Positions 1-11,173 of a DNA stretch of 64,000 bases are shown here, in pieces (the first letter of the stretch is position 1; each line of letters opens with the position of its first letter). Below the pieces are notes generated by a model, which worked only from the letters and a program-made list of their open reading frames with translations, had not been told where the DNA came from and did not search any database. Both the position numbers and the translations under genes were made by a program. The DNA is from a virus. The stretch is from positions 4,438 through 68,437 of the IMG/VR virus record IMGVR_UViG_3300036715_002236; one strand, 5' to 3'.

Positions 1-29
1 AAAATTAAAACAATCCACAAAGTAAAACT

Positions 30-269
30 ATGAAATACCGCATCCAAAAAAAAGGAAATTGGTTCATTCCTCAATATAGATACGATTGGTTTCCGTATTG
101 GTCCACCATGCAGAAAATGGTAAAAATTTCCGGTGAAGTGGATTTCATCGATGAAGAATTTCTTGAATTTGATTCAGCTTTTGACCTCATTGAAGATGTT
201 AAGCGGTTCCGTATCGAAGAAAAAATCAAAGCCAAAGTAAAGAAACCCAAAAAAATATACTACCTGTGA
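30..269 (+). CDS. hypothetical phage protein
   Basis: 79-aa ORF overlapping the next ORF (GTGA); no recognisable motif. Confidence 0.6.
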   Translation: MKYRIQKKGNWFIPQYRYDWFPYWSTMQKMVKISGEVDFIDEEFLEFDSAFDLIEDVKRFRIEEKIKAKVKKPKKIYYL

Positions 270-473
270 GCACGCCCAATTATAGAGTAATAGAATCTAA
301 GGTGGTTGGCGTGTGGCATCTGCAAGAACAACATTGTTGGATGTGGGTTAATATAGCCGAAGGCTCGGAAGTAGAAATGATAAATAAAGCATCAGATCTC
401 ACTTATCGTTCCATCTACTTCCAAGCCAAAGAAGACGAGTATCGTCCTGCCATCTAAGGCCCTACAGGGAAGC

Positions 474-710
474 TTATTGCTTCTCTTTCTTGATGCTGCG
501 GCAATACTTGACCGCTACCCAACCTGCTAAAAACGGAATCCATAGAGGCGACGTAATAGCTAAGGTTACACACACGCCTAAAAGAAAGACGCCTGCTATA
601 ATAAGAGCGGCCATAATTGTGCCCATTGTAAATACAATACCCTTCAAGATGAAAGGAGAGGCAATTAGAAGTCCCGCGACGATAAGACAGATTTTGAGAG
701 TTTTATTCAT
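474..710 (-). CDS. small membrane protein
   Basis: Hydrophobic helices (MNKTLKICLIVAGLL...); start taken at the internal ATG. Confidence 0.55.
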   Translation of the reverse strand: MNKTLKICLIVAGLLIASPFILKGIVFTMGTIMAALIIAGVFLLGVCVTLAITSPLWIPFLAGWVAVKYCRSIKKEKQ

Positions 711-850
711 ACCTATAGAACACACCAGACAACGGATAAGTCTCAAAATTTCGCCAATAATAGTTTTTATAGATTGACTATATATATACAATCTGTTCAA
801 ATAGACGTGTTCAGTTAAAAGTCAACCGCTATCCGTTCTTCTATTAACTT

Positions 851-2872
851 TTGAAGGACTTGAGACGCCAGAGACGGGTATTTTGCCCACTACGAACAAA
901 AAAAACATTGAATACACAAAATATCGAGGCACAAACTGTGCCTCAGGCATTCGTGCCAAAATCCGAGGATGCGTATAAAATCGTAATCTCTATTGCTAAA
1001 GAAATCGGCGGAAAGTTAAACTTCATCGACCGGGCGTTTGTAAACAACAGCATTCTTCATGTTCAAATGAGGAAGTTGATTATCCTGAGTGAAAATCAGA
1101 ATTATGTCAGAGATGGAAATCATTTCTGCTCTTTAATTGGGGTTCCGCACTCCCCCAAGGGTAGTGATTTTGCTGTTATCGGTATCGAAGGCGACGCAAA
1201 GTTCCTGCGAGACAAGTCACCGGTTTGTATGGGTGGTGAAGTAAATATCAAAACTGTTGAAGAACAGGGTAAGAGAATACTCATCGCATATCATTCTCGC
1301 AAGGACGCCCACCACATCACTTCGGGAGCCTATCTTACTATCTGGGATAGTGTCAGAGGTTCTTTTGAAGAAGCTCAGAACCTAATCTCTGAGTATAACG
1401 AATGGGTGACTTGTGGCCGTGAAGGAAATCCAGACTTTTCATCTGAGAATTTCTACATCAAGTTGAAAAATCGAAACGACGACCGCTTTTATATCAGAGC
1501 ATCCGTTGTATCAACGCATCAGAAAGTATTTTTCATCAACAACGAGTGTGAAACGCGGACTCCGGAACAAATCAAAATTGACCGTTTCCTCGACGCAGAA
1601 TCCGTCGTGATGCAAATGCACGGAATTAAAATACACAAAGAAATCCGCCTCAGTGATATGATTGAAATGGCCATGAAAATTCCATATTACCAGCGTGAGT
1701 GGTATGACAATGAAAAATTCGCCCTCGCTCTGTTGACGGAGACAATTTTTGCTGGAATTTCGGTTTATCGTGGAATGTTTATGTTTCACTGTGTCTCTGA
1801 AGATGGCAAGGATGTCTTCTATATTGCCGACGGACAACAACGCTGGCGTGCAATTGAACGCTTTTTCGTCAAACGTGATTTACGTTTGAAGGAATGTTTC
1901 GTTCCGTTCAATGGAAAGCTTCTCGATTTTTCCAATATGAACTGGACAGAAATTCTCGAAACCAGCGAGCTCGTTCCGATTGTGAAGGAGTTTGTTGAGT
2001 TTGTAATGAACTCCAAGTTCCTTGTTCGTGAGTATCATAACCACAGCCATCTGTCTATGAGTCTGGAATATCGTATCGCTAACAGCGGTGCACAATTCAA
2101 CCGTCAGGAAACTCGTGCCTGTTTCAACAGTCAATTGGGTATGTTGGTTCAGTTTATGACTCAGAAAGATGTTGAGATTCAGAAACTCAATCCGGCTTAC
2201 AAGGAGCTTATCAAACTCAAGTTGAATAGATTTGATGATACCGTATTGGCCACTAAGAAGGGTGCGTTGAAGGATGTAAATTTGAGTATCAAGAGAATGA
2301 ACATTGATTCAATTCTATCATTTGGTTATAACAGAATGAACAGTTGGGGTCCTGGCTTCAGAGAAAGTGAGGATAAGATGGACGACTTGTATGAGGCATC
2401 CAACGACTTGAACTTGGCGGCGGAAAATTGGAAGTTACTTGAAGAATATCTGTTGCTGATTAATTCAGCAATTGAGTTCTATAATAACAACAAAAGCAAG
2501 AAATATCCCGCATACAAAAAGAAAGACCGTCGCCTTCGTGCCAAGGGTTATGCGATTGCTGATAAGGAGGAATGGGATTTAATCATGTTCCTTATCTTAG
2601 AGCTAAAGCGTCGTCATACGGGAAAGAAACTAACGATTACCGCTGACGTTATCTCCAAAATTGTGAACCATCACTATCCTATGACGGTTCCACCTGAGAA
2701 GGTTGCTGTCGTTAAGGAAGCGGTGGACAGTGAATCGGACTATGGACACACAACCCGTATGGGGCAGAGAGATTACACGGAAATCAAATCCAAGTGGTTT
2801 CCAAGTTGGGAAGACTATCTTCTTGGCTTGGATTTGACCGAACTTGAAAAATTTGGTTTCAAGTTCGTTTAA
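851..2872 (+). CDS. DUF262 (ParB/Srx-like, GmrSD/SspE N-terminal type) domain protein
   Basis: P-YYQRE-W, IADGQQRWRAI and ANSG motifs typical of DUF262; true start may be slightly downstream. Confidence 0.7.
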   Translation: MKDLRRQRRVFCPLRTKKTLNTQNIEAQTVPQAFVPKSEDAYKIVISIAKEIGGKLNFIDRAFVNNSILHVQMRKLIILSENQNYVRDGNHFCSLIGVPHSPKGSDFAVIGIEGDAKFLRDKSPVCMGGEVNIKTVEEQGKRILIAYHSRKDAHHITSGAYLTIWDSVRGSFEEAQNLISEYNEWVTCGREGNPDFSSENFYIKLKNRNDDRFYIRASVVSTHQKVFFINNECETRTPEQIKIDRFLDAESVVMQMHGIKIHKEIRLSDMIEMAMKIPYYQREWYDNEKFALALLTETIFAGISVYRGMFMFHCVSEDGKDVFYIADGQQRWRAIERFFVKRDLRLKECFVPFNGKLLDFSNMNWTEILETSELVPIVKEFVEFVMNSKFLVREYHNHSHLSMSLEYRIANSGAQFNRQETRACFNSQLGMLVQFMTQKDVEIQKLNPAYKELIKLKLNRFDDTVLATKKGALKDVNLSIKRMNIDSILSFGYNRMNSWGPGFRESEDKMDDLYEASNDLNLAAENWKLLEEYLLLINSAIEFYNNNKSKKYPAYKKKDRRLRAKGYAIADKEEWDLIMFLILELKRRHTGKKLTITADVISKIVNHHYPMTVPPEKVAVVKEAVDSESDYGHTTRMGQRDYTEIKSKWFPSWEDYLLGLDLTELEKFGFKFV

Positions 2873-2876
2873 CATC

Positions 2877-2905
2877 AAGGGGAGCCTAATTCGCTCCCCT
2901 TTTTT
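2877..2905 (+). terminator. intrinsic terminator
   Basis: AAGGGGAGC-loop-GCTCCCCTT followed by a T run, right after the stop codon. Confidence 0.85.
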
Positions 2906-3065
2906 CGTGCTATAACAAGCAACCTATTGTCGCTTAAGGTCAAAAAATCGACTTAAGCGATAGTATTTAATCGGTTGGAAGACGCCGAGGATATTATTTC
3001 CTCGGCATATATAAAGTCAATCCTCTCTTGACATTTGCTCACAACCATGATTAACTCCAGCCATT

Positions 3066-3515
3066 ATGAACGTTGTAAATTGCACCACCCGTCTTCCTAA
3101 AACAGCCGGTTCCTATCAAGTCATTGTCAAGATTGTAGGAACAGCTCATAGCCATGAAGGACGTGCCACCGGAGTAACATGGAACGGCACCACATGGGAA
3201 GGAGCAGAACCTAATACCGTTGTTTCGTGGGTAGACCCCGTGGCAGAGGTAATCGCGGTCGTTGTTCCGAAGGTCGCCGGACCCGTCGAAGACCCATTGA
3301 ACCTTTCCGTCATTCTCACCGGTTCCCAAGCCGCCACCCGCATCGGAGTCATTAAGCTCATCCGTGAACTGAACGCTCTCTCCTTGGGTGATGCTAAGAC
3401 ATTCGTGGACAGCGCACCAAAGGTCGTTAAATCCGACCTCTCCGTGTCTGATGCCGCAGCTCTTAAGGCCAAAATTGAGGCAGCTGGTGGAACGGTAGAG
3501 ATAAAGGCTGTATAA
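3066..3515 (+). CDS. rplL: ribosomal protein bL12 (L7/L12) C-terminal-domain protein with atypical N-terminus
   Basis: C-terminus RIGVIKLIRELNALSLGDAKTFVDSAPKVVK...AAALKAKIEAAGGTVEIK matches the bL12 CTD. Confidence 0.85.
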   Translation: MNVVNCTTRLPKTAGSYQVIVKIVGTAHSHEGRATGVTWNGTTWEGAEPNTVVSWVDPVAEVIAVVVPKVAGPVEDPLNLSVILTGSQAATRIGVIKLIRELNALSLGDAKTFVDSAPKVVKSDLSVSDAAALKAKIEAAGGTVEIKAV

Positions 3516-4380
3516 TAGTATGAACGGAATAAGAGACATTCGTTTTTGGAAGGGGATTCTCTTATTTTCCCTTCTCCTCTTTGCAGTCTATTTATCTAAC
3601 AGGTAACCGCTCGTATATACAAAAACTGGATAGTCCAAAATGGGCTACCAGTTTTTTTCTTTTTAGCGATAGAGGGTCGAAAAATCTGTATAGGAAAAAC
3701 GGCTTTTTGAGGATTTCTATAGGATAAGAAAAAGCTCAAATGGAATTAAGTTCAAAAAATTGACATAGTGGATAGGGCTCTTAGTCAAGGGAGGGAATTT
3801 TTAGATATTCGTATATAAGAAAAACTGGGCGGCAAAACCAGGGCAAACAATAAAACATACATCGCGACCCCTCCCCTACCCAGGGGGTCCCCCACTCAGA
3901 AGATGCCACCTAAACCCGGCCTAAACTGCCCCCTAAGTGGGGGTCCAGATGCCCGTCTTTTGAACGGTCCCGGCCCTACCCCAGAGGGGGAGGGGTGTTC
4001 GGGTTCCCACCAGTCAACACGGCGACCAGACTCATCCCTTGGAAGCCCGGTCCCTTGAACATCCGTTTCACCTTACTCTGCGCTTCCTTGTCCGTCCGGC
4101 CCTTCGTGGTGTGGCTTGTGAGCATCCACTCTCCTTGGCCGTGGAGCCTTCTCCATATGCCGTAGTAGTTCACAGTTGCGAAGGGGTTGAAAACGTAGGA
4201 GGGTTGTCCGCCGTATAGCGAACGTTGTTGTGAAGAACCTCTTCGACTTCTTTCCATGCACACTTGTTGAACCTATCGCAGTTCACATACACCAACAGCC
4301 CTCCTCTATCCGTGTGGTGGTATACTCAGATGGTTCTTTACTCGTATCATTGCTCCCACGGAAAGGTTGTTGACTCTCTC

Positions 4381-4418
4381 CATGTGGCTTAGAGTGACGA
4401 TGTTTTTATAAATGTCAA
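4381..4418 (-). promoter_or_regulatory. example leaderless sigma70-type promoter
   Basis: TTGACA TTTATAAAAACATCGT CACTCT AAGCCAC ATG. Confidence 0.8.
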
Positions 4419-4424
4419 CCACTA

Positions 4425-4871
4425 TCAGACTCGGGCGTGAAGGTAGGTGCCATTATACTGAGTTGAGGGACATTTGAAATAAAGCTCCGTGGCGTTCTTG
4501 AGTTCGTCCGCGTATCCGTCAGAAACCCGAAACAACGCTGACCGCTTGTTTCCGCCGACCTGCACCACATACTTGTTTTGAATCAATAGTAGAGCGAAAT
4601 GATGCTTCAGATTTTTGGTCACATAATCGCTGTTATCGATTTGGTTGGAGTCAATCAGCCACTGATTGAAGATTTCAAACATCTTAAATGGGACTTTCTT
4701 GAACTTCGTCAGCACATCGTTGATGACCTTATAGTTTTCAGGAGTCCGAATGAGTTCAGAGCCGACTCCGCGTTCAGCATCTTTGACACGAATTTCGGTG
4801 AGTTCACGATCAAGTCGTTCAACGAGACTGATAAGTTGTAAGTTGGTGAGGCTGTGAAGTTTCAAGTTCAT
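4425..4871 (-). CDS. hypothetical protein (start corrected to promoter-proximal ATG)
   Basis: ATG lies 6 nt after the -10 box; the upstream LDIYK extension is the promoter translated. Confidence 0.65.
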   Translation of the reverse strand: MNLKLHSLTNLQLISLVERLDRELTEIRVKDAERGVGSELIRTPENYKVINDVLTKFKKVPFKMFEIFNQWLIDSNQIDNSDYVTKNLKHHFALLLIQNKYVVQVGGNKRSALFRVSDGYADELKNATELYFKCPSTQYNGTYLHARV

Positions 4872-4908
4872 AGGAACAGATTGATGAGGGCTTTTATAAA
4901 TGTCAAGC

Positions 4909-5133
4909 TTAACCGGCGTGGAATGAGGAAAGAATGACACCGGCCTTCGTGCCGCCAGCGGCGTCGCCGATGAACGTTACGGTCACGTGCTCAGGAGAAG
5001 CCCATGCACAGGAAACGTCTCTGATGGTAGGAGAAATCAAACGAGCAGCCTTGGCGGACTTGGCGGCGACCACACACGCGCTGTAGGTGTCATAGCCGGA
5101 GTTCTTGTCTTGGGAGAGGAGATAAAGCTTCAT
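4909..5133 (-). CDS. hypothetical phage protein
   Basis: 74-aa ORF ending next to the following promoter. Confidence 0.6.
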   Translation of the reverse strand: MKLYLLSQDKNSGYDTYSACVVAAKSAKAARLISPTIRDVSCAWASPEHVTVTFIGDAAGGTKAGVILSSFHAG

Positions 5134-5154
5134 GGAGTAAGAGTGGCAACTTTG

Positions 5155-5430
5155 TTATAAAAGGTCAAGGACTTTCTTAGCCTTAGCGAGACGAACTCCT
5201 TGGTATTTGGCGACACTGGCTTCCTGCTTGGTTCCGATGGCGTTATAGGTTATCATCGTAGCGTAAAAGAAATCGTGAGCCGCCATATACAGTTTCTTAA
5301 TGTCTTCCGGCTTGACTTTGTTTTTTCTGGCAATAGTCTTGCGGGCCATAACCTTGTCATCGTGCGGCAATGCCGTGATAAGGGTTATGATGTTCTTCTT
5401 TGGGATATTACAGACGAAGAAGCGTTCCAT
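5155..5430 (-). CDS. hypothetical protein
   Basis: ORF following 5432..5713 in the same cassette. Confidence 0.55.
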   Translation of the reverse strand: MERFFVCNIPKKNIITLITALPHDDKVMARKTIARKNKVKPEDIKKLYMAAHDFFYATMITYNAIGTKQEASVAKYQGVRLAKAKKVLDLL

Positions 5431-5431
5431 G

Positions 5432-5713
5432 TTAATTAAAAACTGAGAGCGTGCCTTCATCCTTAAGGTCTTGCAGTTCGCTCTTGGTATAATCGAACGC
5501 AGGGCTTTTGTAACCGTTGATAGCTTCGGCGTTCACTTGGAAACTCCGTTCTCCGGTCTCCCCCGTGGCGCTGCTGTTGATGACAGGATAAGATTCGAAA
5601 CTGGTGACTTTGTAATAAATGTCGCCGTGGATAACGTGGGCATCCTTCATTTTCAGGATGGTGCCAAGGCGAATCATTTCACCGTGCTCAAGATAACCAA
5701 CGTCGTTCTTCAT
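5432..5713 (-). CDS. hypothetical protein
   Basis: Leaderless ATG after the promoter at 5733-5748. Confidence 0.65.
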   Translation of the reverse strand: MKNDVGYLEHGEMIRLGTILKMKDAHVIHGDIYYKVTSFESYPVINSSATGETGERSFQVNAEAINGYKSPAFDYTKSELQDLKDEGTLSVFN

Positions 5714-5744
5714 ATTGCTGAGAGTGATGATGTTTTTATAAATG

Positions 5745-6113
5745 TCAAGACTTCTGCTTGTCTTTCTTTGCCTTGTTCAGAGCCTCACGAGCGGATTTGA
5801 TGGTTCGTTCAGCAGCCTCAAGGAAATCCTCAGCAATCTCAGGACGCTGCATCATTGCCTTGAAGTCGTCGTTGTAGGGGTTCAGATTAACGACGGTGTT
5901 GCCGTAATGAACGAACACAGTGAAGTCGTCAGCGTGACGGGAGGGTTCTACGCTGATATAATTGCAGTAGCCGTTGAAGGGAACGTCCACTTGGACTCGC
6001 TTCCAATTAGCGTCAGCGATACCTGCGAGGATAGCCTTGCCGAACTGCTCAGGATTCTTTTCGAAATCGCCTTGAGCGTCGTTATGGAGAATGACAGTGG
6101 TGAGAAAGCCCAT
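5745..6113 (-). CDS. hypothetical protein
   Basis: Leaderless ATG at 6113; stop TGA lies inside the next TTGACA box. Confidence 0.7.
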   Translation of the reverse strand: MGFLTTVILHNDAQGDFEKNPEQFGKAILAGIADANWKRVQVDVPFNGYCNYISVEPSRHADDFTVFVHYGNTVVNLNPYNDDFKAMMQRPEIAEDFLEAAERTIKSAREALNKAKKDKQKS

Positions 6114-6673
6114 GTGAGTTAGAGTGAGAGTTATTTTATAAAAGTCAAACCTTAAGTGAAGCGTGTAGCCATGCTTCTTTCGGATTGGAGCCCCACGCCA
6201 AGTGGCTCGTGCTCTTTGGCGTGCGGCGAATGTAAACAATCCACCCACAGAGGCGCTTACTGACCGCCTTCGGATACTTCTTAAGAACCTTTTGTTTAGC
6301 GGTCATGTAGAAGCCTCCGATTAATAACCGCGCCGCGCGGCGAAGAAAATGCGGCCGGTATCGTGGTTTGTGATGGAATTGGGGTTCGATTTAAAACCAG
6401 CAGCGGTGAGTTCGAGATCAATCTTGTCGAACACGCCTCGGGTGGTGGTATCAGGGCTGCCGCCCATGACACCGGTGAGAGTGAGGAGGGCAACGGCGTC
6501 CTTTTCGGTAAGGTCCAACGTCAAACGGACGACGGGGACGGGCTTGGATTCAACGAGGCGAATGGCCTTAACTTTGGATGTGCTCATATTTTAAAGGGAG
6601 AGATTGAGAAGGAGGGAAAACAACCCTATGGCGAGCCATAGGGCGATACCCTTGAGAATGATGTAGAGGTTTT

Positions 6674-6868
6674 TCATGCGACCTTTGCGGCGTCAACGGC
6701 CGACCAATAGGCCCGATAAGCAACCATGGCGTCGAGATATTCGGGGGAACGAGGCGTGTGGCCGTTCTTCTTGAGACTCTTACGGAGAATGGCGTTCTTC
6801 TCATTCATGGTAGCGAACAGTGCGGCGAGCTCAGGCGTGGAGACGTTGTAACCGGTGTTGATGTTCAT
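6674..6868 (-). CDS. hypothetical protein
   Basis: Leaderless ATG after promoter. Confidence 0.6.
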   Translation of the reverse strand: MNINTGYNVSTPELAALFATMNEKNAILRKSLKKNGHTPRSPEYLDAMVAYRAYWSAVDAAKVA

Positions 6869-7491
6869 GTGATAGACAGTGAGACTTATTTTATAAAAGT
6901 CAAGAATATCTTGAACCAATCATAACCCAAGTGAACCACAGAGGATGCTTGTCGTCGGCTGGGTTGTTCTTCGGGTGGCCGCGATATCCGAGAGGATTGT
7001 TCAGATACCGTGCATACTGATGCTTTAAACAAGCTGGGTTCAGTTTCGCACGTTCTCCGTCGGGGTTGTTAGCCATGCAGGCCTTATACCACCCCCAACC
7101 CTCAGTCTTGTATTCATCTTCCATGTCAGCGGCCATTGCGTGCCCGTGCCGTTATAATCACACCGTCAGCCTTAGTGATGGTTGGGCCAGTGAAAATACA
7201 TTTCCCCTTAGCATTCTTCAAGAGCCCCTTGAGAGTGACTTTGTATTTGTTGGACACGAGTTTAGAGCTTCTTCCAACGTTTGATGTAGCTCGAGCGGCC
7301 GGTGCAGGTGCCATCGGCGTGACAGATAACATGACCGGTCCAAGGGAACCAATAAACGTGAGCCACGTTCTGGCCGGACGCGTCCTTCCGCATCGTGGTT
7401 TTGTAAGTCTCCCCCTCAAAGTCTTGGAGGCAGATGACGGTCGCGCCCGTGAGAAGAGCGAAGATGGACTTGATTGGGTCGGTGAGATATT

Positions 7492-7704
7492 TCATGTGTT
7501 GGAAAGTTTGTAAGAGGGAGGGTTGAATGCGCCGATGAAAACGGTTTCGACCTTGTTGCTCGTATAGAGATTCATCAGAGCCTCAAACGTGTCGCCCTCA
7601 CTCAGACCTGCCCCTTCCGAAATCTCTTGAAGGGTGTAGGACTCATCCGGCGTCAGATTGTGAAGGCCGATGAGCGTGGCGTGAACGAGTGTGCTTGGTT
7701 CCAT
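7492..7704 (-). CDS. possible winged-helix protein
   Basis: YTLQEISEGAGLSEGDTFEALMNL...V pattern is wHTH-like; leaderless start. Confidence 0.5.
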   Translation of the reverse strand: MEPSTLVHATLIGLHNLTPDESYTLQEISEGAGLSEGDTFEALMNLYTSNKVETVFIGAFNPPSYKLSNT

Positions 7705-8157
7705 GTGGCTCAGAGTGACAGAGTTTTTATAAAAGTCAAGATTAGATTAAAGACTTCTTGATGTAACCCTGCCGGGCCATCCGCTTCACTTCCTTTTGAT
7801 GACCATCAGCGTGTCCTCATAGTCGATGCCGCCACCGAGAGTGAGAAGCTCGTCTTTTCTGTTTCGGATAGAGTATTGCAAGCCCTTACGGCCTTGGTAT
7901 TGAGCCCATATCTTGATGATGGTGGGCTCGTTCATAGATACGTGAGAGCCCAAACGAGCCCATAGTGGAGAGTGTAGGTCACGCAGCCGGTCAAGGCGAT
8001 GAACTGCCACGGCTTGAACTTCCGGCCATCATCCGACTGAGCGTAAATGATGAGGACACCCGCGATGAGGCTGATGAGCCACATGAGGAACGCCTGGCCG
8101 AGGTCACTGTTGAACCAAAAATCCTCAGCCGGCGTGTAGACGACAACGCGGTTCATT

Positions 8158-8448
8158 TTAGTTAGAAACGGAAACGGTTCCGGCGAAGAGGCTGATGGAC
8201 GAACTCTCATCGAAGTAGAGATTGTTGAGCGGCCAGTTGTCGAGCGGAACATCCGAGGTCGGTCTTTTGGTCAGCTGCTTTACGATAAGCGGACAGAAGG
8301 CGAGGTCGTTGCCGCCGGGAGCAGTTTCCTGAACGACCACACCAACCATGCTGACATCTTTGGTGACGACGTTGAGAACCATGCCGAGCTTAAGCTTGGA
8401 CTTGGTGAGGGTGGCCGGGGCGGAAACAGTATCGATAGTTGCTTTCAT
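8158..8448 (-). CDS. hypothetical protein
   Basis: Leaderless ATG; C-terminal LFAGTVSVSN resembles LFDGSITLSNE of 24338..24610. Confidence 0.6.
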   Translation of the reverse strand: MKATIDTVSAPATLTKSKLKLGMVLNVVTKDVSMVGVVVQETAPGGNDLAFCPLIVKQLTKRPTSDVPLDNWPLNNLYFDESSSISLFAGTVSVSN

Positions 8449-9036
8449 GTTGATTAGAGTGAAGTGGTTTTTATAAAAGTCAAGCGTTGTGTGGGAACAT
8501 ACGACGGATTTTTTCATTCTGCTTCTCGTCCACCATCTTGTAATAGGCTCCCTTGCCCATCCACGCGAAGGTGTAGCCCCGGCGGACGACTTCTGCGTTC
8601 TGAACGACTACATAGCCCCACTCGCGCCAGAGAGCCTTGACTCCGGTGAAGATAAGGAGGCCGGTTCCGACCAAAAGAACCAAGAGAGCCGCGAGGGGCG
8701 TGATGGCAATCAGTGTCGCTCGGCGCCCGAAGGTGTTCTCGATGTTGGCAATATTACGGTTTTTCATAAGATGTTAGTTGGTGTAAACGACCGGAGCTTC
8801 GATGTTGGCCTTATGCCACGCGTCAGCCCATGCGGTGATTACTTCGAGACCACCTTCACCGATGTTGAACCCTCTGATGTGCTGCATCAGATTAGGGTCA
8901 AGCGCAGGGATAGCCATCTTACCATCCTCAAAGGCCTTCTTACCAAGTTCGGCGGCGGCCTTGCAACGTTCGGTAATAAGTGTTTCGTTTCTCATGTGAC
9001 TGACAGTGATACTTATTTTATAAATGTCAAGACCGA

Positions 9037-9471
9037 TTAACGTAGGAGGGTCACTTTGCCCGTCTTGATGTTCACGGTAGCGAACGCCCGTTCGCCACGA
9101 AAATTGACCGGAATAACCTTAATCGGGTCGTCAAAGCAAAGAGCGTCACCACGAGTAATCATGTAACTGTGTTTGACCTTAACAACCCGATGGAGATAAA
9201 CCTGTTCGTAGTTGGTGACTGCGATGATGTCGCCCGTCTTAACCTCATCCCACGTGCATTTTTCCATGAGGACGATTGAATCCTCGTCGATAGTCGGAGC
9301 CATCGAACCAGTCTCAGCGATGGCCCGCATCTCCAAAGCACCTTTGTGAGAAGCTTTGGCCGTTTCAACAGAGCGGAGAGCAGCGTTGGACAGATTGACA
9401 ACCTCGAAGTCCGTCGCAGTGGCTGCGGCGGACAGAAGGACGGTGAGGAGGAGATACTTGATGAACTTCAT
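9037..9471 (-). CDS. S24/S26-family (signal peptidase I-like) peptidase
   Basis: TGSMAPTI, GDII, LHRV, ITRGDA motifs (Ser-His type); N-terminal signal-like segment. Confidence 0.8.
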   Translation of the reverse strand: MKFIKYLLLTVLLSAAATATDFEVVNLSNAALRSVETAKASHKGALEMRAIAETGSMAPTIDEDSIVLMEKCTWDEVKTGDIIAVTNYEQVYLHRVVKVKHSYMITRGDALCFDDPIKVIPVNFRGERAFATVNIKTGKVTLLR

Positions 9472-9547
9472 TCCTCTACAATGACGACATTATTATAAAT
9501 GTCAATATAATAAATGTTTGAGTCTTACGTCTGATACTTATTGGTGT

Positions 9548-10261
9548 ATGAAACAAACAGGTATTTACGGACTACAAAACAAATTCAATGGAAAGTGGTA
9601 TGTTGGGCAAAGTGTTGATATTGAAGGTAGATGGAGAGAATACAAATCGATACGTTGTAGGAGTCAACCCAAGCTCTACAACGCTCTACTAAAACATGGA
9701 TATGAAGGCTTTGAAAGAGTTCTTCTCGAAGAATGCACACTTGAACAGTTACCAGAACGTGAGGAATACTGGGTGAAGGAAAAGAATAGTGTCAAGAACG
9801 GCTACAACTGTAAGTCTGGAGGATTCAAGGGCGGCAAACATTCCGATGAGACTAAGGAAAAACTAAGACTTTCCAAACTCGGTAAGCCAAATAGTCCTGA
9901 ATGTATTGCCAAACAAAAATTATACAGAGCAACCGATGAGACAAAAGAGAAAATATCGAAATCATTGCTGGGAAATCAATTCCGTAAAGGAATACCGAGC
10001 ACCGATAGAGAGAAGGAGAGGTTGAGCAAGTTCTTTTCCGAAATACCAAGAACAGATGAATGGCGGGCAAACATCGCAAAATCAGCTACTTGGGTTGGGA
10101 AAGTGTCAGCTGAGGCTAGAAAGCGTGGTGACGATAAGAGAAGAGGTGTTCCACGCCCAATCGAAATGGTTGCTAGAATGAGCGCCACAAAAACAGGAAC
10201 CAAAAGGAAATATCTTCCAGATGGCTCTTTTGTCATGGTGAAACCTCAAGCGCTCCAATAA
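9548..10261 (+). CDS. GIY-YIG homing endonuclease with NUMOD3-like repeats
   Basis: GIYGLQN...WYVGQS, RW-Y, GYN, HSDETKEKLR repeats. Confidence 0.9.
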   Translation: MKQTGIYGLQNKFNGKWYVGQSVDIEGRWREYKSIRCRSQPKLYNALLKHGYEGFERVLLEECTLEQLPEREEYWVKEKNSVKNGYNCKSGGFKGGKHSDETKEKLRLSKLGKPNSPECIAKQKLYRATDETKEKISKSLLGNQFRKGIPSTDREKERLSKFFSEIPRTDEWRANIAKSATWVGKVSAEARKRGDDKRRGVPRPIEMVARMSATKTGTKRKYLPDGSFVMVKPQALQ

Positions 10262-10671
10262 GTTTCTGATGTGGGATCGCATGACCTCGGAGTGCCGATG
10301 GGGACAAGGATGGTCTTGTTGGGGTGGTAGTTTCCGGGCATCGTGCCACGGTGACAGGGAACACCCTCGTCGTTGAGCTCCAGCTTGTCCGACACGGCGA
10401 ACTTGTCCATCACAAGGGCGTTGACCGTCTTGGAGCGGTGGAGGATGCCGTTCTTCTCAAGATACGTGCGAAGGACGGTGGAGGAGTTCATCACTTTGGG
10501 CTTGGCGGCCCAACGGACGTGCTTGGAGTGAAGGAGAGCCTCAGCCTCATACTCATTGAAGCCCATCTTGTCGAGCAACGCGACCACGGTGCGCCATGAA
10601 TTGTAGAGCTTTGCGGCGGCACAGTCACTCGTGCCGTTGACCATATTCTTGACGTTGAAGTTGTTGTTCAT
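10246..10671 (-). CDS. hypothetical protein
   Basis: Leaderless ATG; C-terminal CDPTSETYWS. Confidence 0.65.
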   Translation of the reverse strand: MNNNFNVKNMVNGTSDCAAAKLYNSWRTVVALLDKMGFNEYEAEALLHSKHVRWAAKPKVMNSSTVLRTYLEKNGILHRSKTVNALVMDKFAVSDKLELNDEGVPCHRGTMPGNYHPNKTILVPIGTPRSCDPTSETYWSA

Positions 10672-11173
10672 GGGTATGACTATGGCAGTTATTTTATAAA
10701 TGTCAAGGCTTCTTCCTAAAAAGAAACTCATGCAAACTCATATCGTGGATATATTCGAGACACTTATCAAGCTGGTCTGCCGTCATGTGAGCCATGAGGT
10801 GCCAAATCATCCGCCCACTGATAACAGCGGTCAGAACGGCGAACATCAGCAAGACGCTGAGAGTGATGACGATGAGGAAGATAATTGGTGTCATTCGAGG
10901 GATTTCCAGATTCGGGTGAGAATGGGAAGGATAAGCTTTTCGAAACCAAACGTGATGGGCGTCATAATCAGACCCACGAACAGACCAGCAATCCAAATTA
11001 TTGGGCCGCTGAGGAACACAACCAAACAGGCTTGTTTAAAAGAGTGCTGACGGAACGGATTGTAGCCTAAGCCACTATAGGAGTTGTCGATGAACAGAAT
11101 GGCAATCATCCCGAGGACGCCCCAAACGAATCCCACTAAGAGGATGATGGTTGAAATTGGTGTTTGCATGTGA

